Assembly (NCBI GenBank): GCA_964658305.1
Contig: OZ210884.1
Coordinates: 992,001 to 1,056,000 of the forward strand
DNA length: 64,000 nt
Direction of reading: 5' to 3'
Source of the DNA: Leptogorgia sarmentosa
Lineage: Eukaryota
Under the pieces are notes generated by a model, which worked only from the letters and a program-made list of their open reading frames with translations, did no database searches and had not been told where the DNA came from. The position numbers and the translations under genes are program-made. The first letter of the stretch is position 1. Every line of letters begins with the position of its first letter. Of the stretch, positions 1 through 12,300 are shown one piece after another.

Positions 1-342
1 TGATACAATATATATTAACAAGATTCCATTGCTAGTACTGTGAGGATGTCATGAAACGATTGAAAAACAAACTTATAAGCAGAAATACGCGCAAAACCTT
101 TCTGATTGAGAAATCTTCATGCACGATTATGCATTTACAAAATAAGATGTTCGCAAGAAATGTTGCAACTGTGAAGCATATCTGTGGAGCAGTGGGATTT
201 TTCCAAGTGTTCAACGCAATACTAATTCTCAACGAAGGGCTGGCGCCTAAGCTCGAAACGTCAAAACTTGTTGTATTGTTTATACGTAGTGCACGAGAAG
301 ATAAACTGAACTTTTGCTGCTACTAGATACATAATTACTTAC

Positions 343-3300
343 CCTTACAACTTTTTCCACAGCTTCGAAAGCAACGTCACCTAAACACGTTGCAATATCT
401 GGATTACAATCTTGTTTGCCTGATTGAGAAAACAGCTCGATTTGACGGATTGGCGATGCCTGGAATTTGATAAGAATACAACAATTTGGTCAATACATAG
501 AAGTCAATACTATATTTAGCCCTCCAATCAAAATGAGTGTAAACACCGCAAAAAAGAAAGTTCCCCTCGAAAAACACCAGAATAAATTCTACACAAATGA
601 GTCGCTGTCAATCAAACAGAGAACTAATTAGCCCTATGTAAAGAATATGGTCACACATGCTCGAAAGAACGACCTAACCTCCATTGAATACAAAAAAACG
701 ATTTCAGAATTAGCAAGTTGAACGGGCTAGTGTGATCAGTCTCATTCATGCACCATTCGTTAATGGTAGAATTGTAGAAGGATAAAGCAGTTAAAATCAC
801 GTCCACAATATCGAACCAAATAGGGAGATAACTGTCATGGGGCTAATTAGTTCTCGATTTGAGTAACAGCGACTCGGAACTTATTTTGGTTATTTCGGGG
901 GTAGGACTTTCTTTTTTTTTGAGGTGTTTAATCTAATCTGTTAATTTGAATTCGTTTTAATCAAGTTAGAGACAGGCATTCAAAAACAATTGTTTTCGAT
1001 TAGGCAATAGTTTGAGTTAGTCCCTGAAGTAGTTTACGGCAGCTTACTTAGAGTGGGATAGAATATGAAATAACCAGAAAATAATTTATATACTGATGTA
1101 TACATTACTAAACATAATTTAATTTTTGTCACAATACCTTGTGTATTCTCCTTTGGAATCTGTCGACAAATTTAGTACACCACGGCTTATAGAAAGCATC
1201 TGGAGCATGCAATGACAGCAGTTCGTTCCATGCCTACACAAAGAGACAAAAATGATATTGTAGTTGACCCATAACGGTATTGGTTATCAATATGCATTTT
1301 GTGAAAATCTATACTTTCAAACTATGGGGTCAAAAGTTACGCTACTTTGAAAACATTACCCTGAACGGTGCTAACTGGCAATCAAACAAAATCACTTTAA
1401 AACATAACTTTTCTCGGGATTAAACAGTGAATAAATGTAGCAATGCCGGCCATTTATTTTAAATAAGGATGACTTCAGTGCAAACAATATATCAACAAGC
1501 TTGTTATATTTCAATCAATAGTCATTACTCCGCGCTTCTCTGCGTTTTCCCATCATCTTAGAAGTCTCTTGCAGTCTTGTAGCAGTAATCGAATAATATA
1601 CAAAATGGCAATAGAGGTGGTAGATTTTAGTGCAAGCCTTATGACAACAAGTTACTTGCCTGTAACTCCTGGTCCCATTCTGAAATTCGACAATTTTCTA
1701 TGCTAACAGGAAGCCGGTCTTCTATGAATTTATACACAATATCCAACTGCTTTTTGAAAAGAGATGACATTTCAGTTGGAATATCTTTGTATTCGAAAGA
1801 CATGGAAATTTTCTCTTTCGGACCATTTTCATTTTCCAATACTGCAGACTCGTGTTCAAGATCAATTCCTTTCTTTTGATGTACAACGCCAGTAATCAAG
1901 CACTCCACCAAACGACAAAGAACTTTAACTTCATTAAGTCTAAGATGCTGCTTGACGTCATAAACAAGTTGAACTAAATTTTCCAGAAATACCAAGGTCT
2001 CTTTCATTTCATCTTTTCCAAATTGTTCCGGGCTAAATAAATGTATGAAAAATACATAGTTGTTTTTTCTATTGCAGATACAGTGTTCAATTTATGAGTT
2101 TTTAAATAGGGTTTTACCATTTTGCTTCGATTAATTTATTCGTTAAACCTTTGTACGTCATTTTCCATACATTGTGTCCCAAAAAAGGGCTACATACCCA
2201 TTGCTTCAATGCTCTAATGAGCCCTGCCGGAATGCGTAAAACTTTATAGCAGAAGTGCTATGTATGCATTACAAATTAATTGAAATTTGTCCCTCAAAAA
2301 GTTGCATGATAGAGATAGATAAGGCGGTAAATATGGCATACAGACTCGGCAGAAATTTGAAAACCTTTCTTTCATTTCTCATAGGTTTACTATCATCTGT
2401 CATTGAAAAATCCAAGCGCTATATTAGAAAAACCTTCCGTGAAAACTAAATTACCATGGCAGCAGGAGATTTGTTAACCCTCGATCGAAATTATTATATT
2501 AACGCGTTTTCGATGATGATCATGCAATAATACCTCATAAGTGATAAGGTCTCGTTGATGTTTTCAAAAAATACCGCCAGGAATTCCACCTATAAATAAA
2601 ATAATACTAGTTACAGAATGTTTTCGAATTAACTGTAGACATGGATATACCCATACATGCGTTGCACACAGTCCGTCTAGCGCTATCCAGGGATGAAATA
2701 TCCGCAGTCCGCTACGTTAACCACTAAATAGATTAACACGATGTCTTTCAATTGCTTTATCAGATACATAATATATATATCGAAGTTTGAACAAAACAAT
2801 TGATTATGTCGAATGAAAGAGATGGAAATGGTGATAGCAATGCTACAGTGAAACAAACAACGGCTCCGTTGGGGAAACTCCGCCTGAGACATTAGGGGAA
2901 GAAACTGAAAATCATCCGCTGAGCAATTCGCGAGGAAAAAGTCCGGTGGTGAGCCCATCGAGAGAAAAACATCCCAACGACCGCTCGGCCGTCGGGGGAA
3001 AAAAGCGTGCCAGGCCGGCCTGCAAAAAATCTGGACAAACGTGCAAGTCCAAATAATCCAAACGACAAAAAAGGACTAAGTCTCGTTCATATTCTACTTC
3101 TTTAAGTATAGGAAGGAGAGTGTTAGCTGTAGCCAGTCGAGTGATAAGATGTCTTACGGGTGCCTCCTCGCACATCGCGGAAGACCATGACTCAAACCAA
3201 AATGTGTATCGAAAGATAGTCGAGTTCGCTGTTGCAGCGAAATTTCAGGGGCTGGCCAAATCTGAAAGGAAATAAATGCTGAAAGTGACCCCGGTTCCAT

Positions 3301-6300
3301 CTCACCCTGATTTACGCCCTGAAGAAGTTGATACTTAAAAAGTACCTTAAAGCCAAAGGAGCTGCCTTCAATCCAGTAATGGATTGACGTCAGTTAAACC
3401 TTGCTGGCAGAATCCTCGATCCCTTGGCCCCCCTCGCTCAACTGTGGCAGTTCGCCCTCGCCGCAAACGAGAAGGCGACAGGCTTGGACCCAAAGACGGT
3501 CATAAATTATGTTCGCCAAGCAGTTGCGCTAGTTGGCAATGCCTCCTTTTGCGGCCTCACATATAGTCGCAAGGGCCTTTTAGTCAAAGTTTATCCGGAC
3601 TGCATGGATCTAATTAATGATGGCGAGCTTTTCTCTAGAGGGTGTTCCGATATGTTTGGAAAGAAATCCTCTCCTGAAGTTAGCTCTCCTAAAGGACCTC
3701 AAGTTGTCCAAGGAGATGGACAGCCTCTCACCTCGGGATAATAACAATAAGTTCAAGCCTTTTCGTTTTCTGCCCGGGAAAGGCCCGGGCTACAAGCTCA
3801 TTAATCCGGAATGATTTGCAACTGGTCACAGCTTCAAGTCGTTTAAAGCTCGATTTTCGGTCAATAACAACACCTGCCAAGTTAGCAGGCCGACTACAAT
3901 ACTTCCTCCCAAACTGGCAGCAAATAACACAAGACCAAGATATCCTATATCCTAACTGCTGTCCACTGAGGGGTACCAACTAGAACTGTTGCTTACCACA
4001 CACCAAGTAAGAAAGTGCCAAACCCCTCAATTTTCGATGAAGGGTGCCGTACTAATGGATTCCGAGGTTTCAAACCTGCTAGAAAAAGGGGCATTGATCA
4101 CTGCCAAACCAGTTCCAGATCACTTTGTCAGCAATCTTTTCCTTGTGCCAAAGCGCGACGGCTCAGCGCTGCCGGTTATCAATCTCAATGGCTTAAACCG
4201 GTTACTTCATTACCAACACTTCCAAATGGAGCGAATTCACCTGTTGCGCAAACTGTTACAACCGGGGGCCAGTTAGGCAAGATAGACCTCAAAGACGCAT
4301 ATACACTTTGCGATCCCAATTTGGGAGAATCACCGAAAATATCTCCGTTTCATGTGGAGAGATTCTCTGATAGAGTTTGCATGTCTTCCCTTCGGTCTGT
4401 CTGAAGCACCCAGGCACTTCACCAAGGTCCTGCAACCCACAGTAACCTTGTTGCGCAGGTCGGGAATTAGGCTGGTCATCTACCTCGTCGACATCCTGAA
4501 TGTCTCAGCAGAGGGTCTAAGACAGGATATGGCCACAGCTCAGTACTTGCTAGAAAACTTAGGGTTCGTCATAAATCTGGAGAAATCTCAGTTTGTAACT
4601 ACTTAAACTTTGGCGTTTCTGGGTTTTGTGGTGAATACTCTGGGTATGACTCTGCTCCTGCCAGATTACAAGATAGTAGCGATAAACAAGGTGTGCACGA
4701 CGTCATTAGACCAGAGCCTTGTGTCTGTGAGAGATCTGTATCAATTAGTATAGGTAATCATATTGAAAATAAGATCTATTCAAACATAAATCGCTAGAAA
4801 TTCAATGTCAACTTTAGGTTTTAGATTCGGCACTTCGAGCGGCACTATATAGTTATTAATGTCGCTTAAAAACGTTGGGAAATGAAATAAACGATATACA
4901 AATTATATAAACGACAGGTTTATTCAAAAAATGTGTTTAAATATTTACCAAATTGCTTGAAACTAACTCAATTTGTCGATTTCACACGCAAAAAATACTG
5001 CGAGGAAGCGATTAGTCCGACATGAAGTCAACACAAAAACATTCTGAAAATTCAGCCAATCAGGGCCAAGTAATTCGGCCCTCCGAATTAAGAAAAAATG
5101 CCCTCGTCATTAGCCAATCAGGTTCTAGTAATTTTGCCCTCTATATGATTAATAGGGAAATTGACAGCATCTATCCAGGCAATTTTCCCTGCCCATCTGC
5201 ACTACAGGCACCTACAGAGCTCAACCACCAGGCCCTAGCATAGAGCAGCAATTACGATGCAACTGTAGCCCTAACCTAGTTAGCCAAAGAGGAGATCCAT
5301 TGGTGGCTAGCACACCTGAACTCCGGGAATCGCAGGGCAATTTCGACTCTCTCTCTCCCGACCTTGTAATCGAGACAGATACTTCTGGATCAGGATGAGG
5401 GGTCATGTGCCAAGGGATAAGGACAGGGGGGTTGTGGTCCCAGTTTGAGAGGAAATCACACATCGACTGCCTCGAACTCTCAGCCAGGTCATTTGCAGTT
5501 AAAATCTTCACCAGAGACCGATTATGTGTCCATGTCCGACTCCGAATGGACAACATGTCAGCCATAATCTATGTGAACCGGTTAGGGGGGGACCCACTCC
5601 CTTGTGCTCTCCAATCTTGCCCTAGCCCTCTGGGAATGGGCGTTGAATCGCAAGATGATTATCAGCGCAGAGAATTTAGCTGGAGATCTAAACAGCATAA
5701 AAGACTGGTCTCCCAATTTCCGAGACACGACCAACTGGCGCTTAGACCCAATTTTTCAGTTGGAGGCCGGACCCAGTGGCTGCAACAGGTTTGCCCCCCC
5801 AATACTGCTCTATGCATTTCCTCCCTTTTGCATCATTACTCGCACCTTAGCCAAATTGAGGGAGGAAGGGGGATATGTAATTATGATAACCCCAGTCTGG
5901 CCAACCCAGGCATGGAACCCCTGCCTCCTGGGCATGTCCGTTTTTCATCCCATTCTCCTCCCACTATTTATGAAACTATTGCTGGGACCTCAGGGGGAGA
6001 CACATCCCTTGGTCGAGAATCGTACATTGCAACTAGCCGCGTGGCATGTATCAAACAGTCTCTCAGCTCAGAGGGCATTTGCTCAGACGCTGCCCAACTC
6101 GTCCTGGCAGCTTGGCGATCGGGCACAAACGCAGTTTACAACTCTGCCTTGGAAGAAATGGCATAGCTGGTGTGTGGAACCCGAAGTTGATCCATTTCGC
6201 CCCGGGAGTGGTTTGCCCTTGGAATATATCATAAAAATGGCAGATTGGTGGCGCCGTCTATTCGCACAGTTTTGGACAGAAAATTTAAAAAAACTCTGGA

Positions 6301-9300
6301 AAAATCTGGCAAAGGCAACGATCAAAGACCTTGACAAGGGTTGGAAGAGTACTGTGAAAAGAAAACGTAAAAGAGCAAAAGAAGTTGATATTATTTTGAA
6401 GAATTTAACAACTAGGTGCGGAATCGTTTGAATATTCCCCGAGCCGGAGGCGCGAAGCGCCGGAGCCGAGGGTAATATAATTCCGCACGGCTATTTGCAC
6501 CCGGGTAAAGCGCAGCATAGCGGAGTCCAAAGTCATTTCGCCGCCATTTTGGGTCAAGGTAGGTATCTATGGTGGTCATCCACCGATCTCAAAAACATGG
6601 CGGACTATCACGAAGGCCGAACACTATACTGTAAAGGCTTTCGAAAAGGCGAAAACAAAGACGAAGACTGTTGCTGCAAGACTATAAAAGACTCTTGAGA
6701 AGGCACTAATGCTGCAAAAAAGACAGAAAAGCCAGGAGAAGCGACAATGAATTGAAATACAAGAAAAGCGTATGTATTGTTAGCATATAAAATTCTCGCG
6801 TATTTAAATGAATGGCCGGCTTAGCCGCATTCAATCTATTTACAGTTTAATTTAAGAAATTTTACATTGTGTAAATGCAAGGCTGCCGTTTTATTATTTC
6901 AAAATCACTGACGAACTTAGGAACGACCATTGGCTTAAAATGGTTTAATTTCAAAGACGAAAGTTGTACGAAATAAGAATATAATTTCTTATTTAAATTG
7001 AAAACATTTCAATCTTATGCGAATATTTTACATCATATTTAAATTCAATGGCATTAGTGTGACATATATTCCGCAAATTAGAAAAACCAGATTAAAAACT
7101 GATATTTTTGCCATTATTTCTTCGTTTATAAAAAAATACCGAAAAATGTGAGTTGCCTTGTTAATTGTTATTAGGGAACTTTAGATTCGCGACGGCTACG
7201 AAATCTACTACGCCTACGGGATTTTTTTCTCCGAATATTTGCAATCCCAAAATGTTTTTATAGAATGTTTTTTAATTTGCAGAATATATGTCACACTAAT
7301 GTCATTAAACCTAAATTGATATAAAATATTCGCATAAAACATTATTATATTAATAATGTCTTCTCAGGAGTCTTTTATAGTCTTGCAGCAATAGTCTTCG
7401 TCTTTGTTTTCCACTTTTCGAAAGCCTTTGGTGTTCGCCCTTCACGACAGTCCGCCATATTTTTGAGATCAGTGATGACCACCCACCCTACCTTGACCCA
7501 AAATGGCGGCGAAATGACTTTCGACTCCGCTATGCTTTCCTTTACCCGGGTGCAAATAGCCGTGCGGAATTATTACCCTCGCCCCGGGCTAACGCCCGGA
7601 CGGCGCTTCGCGCCGTGGCTCGGCGAATATCACAATGCCGAGTGCTTCAAGTTGTTAGGATATAGGTGCACTGAATTGAGTGCAAGTTTGGGAGAGTGCA
7701 AGTTTGGGAGAACTCGAAATGTGTGGAAACACTTGCCCTTCGGACTTGTGTTTCCACACATTTCTCATTCTCCCAAACTTGCACGAGTGTTTACATAACT
7801 CAATGTAAACATAGGAAAACGGTTTCTATTACTTTTATAAAATAATACGATGACAAAAGCGGAATAACGCAATAGCGAGAAGCAGTGGGGAATAGCTGGG
7901 TTTACATAATCTCACATCCACACGGCTGTTAGCCAATCACGCGCACGAAAGAAGAATTATCAAGCCCTCAGTTTACCGTTAAAAACCTCAGCCTTCGGCT
8001 ACTATTGATAACGGCAACTTCGGGCTTGATAATTCTTCATATCGTGCTCAACCTCATCTACAACAGATCTACATAAAAATCTCTCTACACTGCATGGGGC
8101 AAAATATTAACTGCAGTTTTAACAACACATGCAACATGGATATAACTTTTTTACATAGATATCCTATTATTCTTTCCCTGTAAGGACTTTTGAAGCGAGA
8201 TTTACTTTTTAAATGTACTTACAAATTCCTCCGTATACGAACTGCTTCCTTTCGTGTCAGGCAGTAGTTTTCTCATCGTGACGCACAACTCCAGGCAAGA
8301 AAAGCAGCCGGTCTTCAGAAGATCACCATATATCTCAACAGGGCACAGCATCAAGAATGTTCGCTTGAGCAAACGGTCCATATCAAATATGTTCTTCAGA
8401 TCGGGTAACATTGCTATAAGGTCGCTACGTAAAAAAAACGATAGACGTTGATATAATAAATGCCTATACCATGCCTAAACATTATAAGGATATCAGTCAA
8501 CAACAACATTAGGATAATTTGGGACGCATCCCCGGACTTCATTTTCTGCATGTTTTATAAAGCAGAACACATGAATTCATTTAGCTCCCCCTATCTTGAC
8601 AAAATTTAACACCCACCAGAAAAACCAATCAGCAAAATCACAAACCAAGCTTTAGCCGATTTTGCATGGTTTTTATTTCACATACTTTTTCCTGTTGGTG
8701 CATTCTGTGTACACCATTTCAGGTGGTTCCAAAAGATATACAGCTTTATATTATAAAAAATTATTTACTTTTGAAAGTAGTGCCCTAACTAGCTTAGGGG
8801 GATTTATTGTATCTGAACAATCGTCTTTGATTCAATAGTTCCTGAAGTTGACCACTTCTCAACAAAATATGGCACTATTCCGGAAAGAGGGCACATTTAC
8901 ACATGTACAAAAAGTTGAGGGGAAGCGAGGCTTGTCATCAGTTCCAGTACCAGCGACAGAACAGTGCACCGGCATGGCATAGGGATGGGTTCGATTTCTG
9001 CGGGAGGACTTATAGTTGATGAATTAGTCATGTGTATAAATTCCACTTGATATATCGAATGTCAAACCAAGATTTAAACATACCAGTCAGAAATATTCTT
9101 TCTAATCGCTCTGTACGAAAACTCCTCCAATCCAGTTTCCCACCATTTCCAGTTTTTGACATTCACAGAATTTTTACAAATAACGTCCTCAAATGGATTG
9201 GATTCTCGTCGAAGAAAATGAAACAAAGGCAAAGAAGACATCCAATGAATAACAAAAGACTTCACCGACTGGTTTTTGTAAAACTCAAGAATTACCTTGC

Positions 9301-12300
9301 TGAAGGAACTAAATGTGTGGAAAGAAAGACCATTTACTTTTCACAACAATCTATTTACCGCTTTACAGCAGATACAGCAGTTTCAAATAACTATTCCTAA
9401 TTCTGAAAAATATATAACGAGAATTTCCAACTTTAACGCGATGGCCGTTTCTAAGGAAGTTACAATAAAAAATATTATACCACTAATGGGGTTAAAAAAT
9501 CTGGTCAAAGATCGTAAGCGATTTTTCTCACATGTGGAGAAAAACGCCTAATTAGGCACGTGCATGGATTTACAGTGTGAGTAAATGTTCAATAAAAGTT
9601 TATATATATAGCATTGTTATAAACCTCCATTATTATAAACCTACCTCAAAACCTTATCAAACTCATGAACACTCCTCATAAATTCGCAACAAACTTCTTT
9701 ATCTGGAGGTAGCCTCAAGCATTTCAATAAAATTTCACAATGCTCAGATTTAGGATACACTTCATACTTGGTAAACACATAAGCTATTACTACTGATGAC
9801 ATCACTGACAGAACTTTAGCTTTTGCATCTTTCGTTTCACTATTCAAAACTTCTAGGTTTCCTCTGAGTTTTGGCATCAAGATTTCCTCAAAAACCTACG
9901 AACGGAAGAGAAATTTTTACTCTTTCGCTTGCCTTTTGAAATGATATTTTTAATGGCCACCAAAATGGAACTAGCCCAAAAGTAAAATGACACCTTCATT
10001 CGTTAGACATGGAATTCCTTTGTATATAGTCAGCATTAGCAATAAAGAAATACGACTCGAACCATCTTTCACCAACTAACATAAGAAATGTGCCTCAACA
10101 ATATATTTTCTCCTTGCTACATGATATTCTTTTGTAAATGTGTTTTACGAAAAATATTCTAATGCTGAAGGCAGCATATGTGCTAATTCCACGCAGGAGT
10201 TGTCAAAGTGGTACAATTATAATAGAGGTGTGCTTTTGCTTTTCGAATGGGGCTTGACGCACTTCTTTACTGCAGCTACAATTCATGCACTTGATAAATA
10301 TGGTATACATTTGAAACAAGCATGCATGAAGTAGAAGCGTTTGGTGAGCGAATCATGATTACTGCCATATTATTCGATGCATGTTCAACGCAACTGGGAA
10401 ATGAACGATTCTTATAGACTTCTCATTTGCTTGTCACGCGCATACCTCCCAAAGTTTAAGTCCGTGATTATCAACACGGTGACGGCGAGGATATTTAGAG
10501 GTAGATGTCCAAAACACCAAAACATCTTCTTCCAGACGCTCAAGTTTTTCTAGTGCCTCCACTGGTTGAATTTTTTCATCAAACGAGTTTATGAAAAATC
10601 CACTCCATTTCGGAAAAAAAATTCGGAAGAAGTCTCTTCTGTCACTCATCACAGAAACAGATGAAAATATCCATGAAAATGTTCCTGGTTTGGGGTATAT
10701 AAATCCGTCATATTTGTGGAAGATTTCTAAAACAAACACAATTTGGAAAATATCAAAAAATTCTTCGTAAAATCAATAGACTTTTAGCGCGCCATATGGT
10801 GCAAGAGAAATGGTATAATTGGATAGACATGTCAAATCGATTGCGCGTATAATCAAAAGAATTGTTCGATACAATTTGCCAGAACCACGAATACTATATC
10901 AATCAACCCAAAATATTTACGATGGTGTATATTCACTAGCACATTCAGCACATTCTTTTTTAATCCGCCCATTCACATCCGTCAAAGGGAGAAAATCGCA
11001 CAGGAGATCGCAAGTGTAAACGGGCCCTAAGGGATTAAGTTTCCACCACGTGAGGTTTTCGTGACGTTGAAGTGTGCAAAACTTCCCGTTATATACGATT
11101 TTATAACTTTGTGTAACTGTAAACTGTATAATTGCTACCTGGCCAAATGGTAATTGTAATACGAAGTACTAACTCTATATTACGGTACCCGTCCAGAAAT
11201 CGTTTATTCAAGCTCCCCAAAACAAAATAGTTGAGAGATGTAGGTTCTTCCCGAGAGTTCAAGAAGCAGGTGAAAGGGTCACATCCAGCCGTAGTACTTA
11301 AGTACATTTCCTCCCAAACTTTGCATTTCTACTAATTGTGGGATGCTCTTTAACGCTGTTTCTATAAATTGTACTATCTCGAGATTTTTTAAAAAATTGT
11401 CTATTATGCAATCGGTCCATTGGTCGATGTGTCTCCTCCATAATAAATCTCCAACGTGCACTCGATAAGTCAGTGCATGTAGTAAGTTTATTTCGGACAA
11501 CGCCTCTAGACCACGAATCTTTACGTAGTCGTTAATCTTTTATTATTACAGGATCACCAATCTTCAAACCACAGATTCGCAAAGTTGATGATGTTCTACT
11601 CGTCTAACAATTTGGGATGTTGCAGATCTAATTTGGTACGCAGCTTTCGTGTCCTCTTAACAGCCCAGCTGGAGTACAACTTGTGGCAACTAATTATATT
11701 GAGCGGTACGATACCCCCAAACGTGCTATTTTTGCCGACATTACAAAGCAAGGATATACTAACGTTACAGAAGTGTTTTCATGTTTCACATCTATCATGT
11801 TGTTGATAGATGTAACTGCGGTAAGTAATTAACACTTATTGACTGGGCCCAAGGGAAACAGTGCATGTGTTTTGTGGACCCGAAATTGCGCACGTGATTT
11901 TTTTTGTTGTTTACCGGTGAATAACGTATTATATCCCTCTCTTGCCGATGCGAGGGAGACAGTCTAATTTCGTTACTCTCACGTGATACGCTCTCGACCA
12001 ATGAAACACAAGAAAAGGGAAACTTTGACGATTGGTATATAATAATGATAAATATGACCTAAACCGGTTGTTGAATCCCACCGAGGCCAGGCTAATTTTT
12101 CAGCCTGTCCGATCACTATAACATTCTTCACCTAAATACAATACTTCAACAACTAGAACGTATAATCCTCATACGTCGTTGCGTTCAGTCGAGAATATCA
12201 CAGCAACTACTCGTCGAATAAATGCATTAAAGAACCAAAAGAGTCAAAAGGTGATTCAATATCAAAAAATCCAGTTCGCTTATTGTCTGTGGAAATCAAA

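Noticed and set aside
2255..2450. Extra RNF213-like exon between 2534 and 2032
   Set aside because: The candidate acceptor gives a stop in the required phase, and the flanking exons already join in frame.
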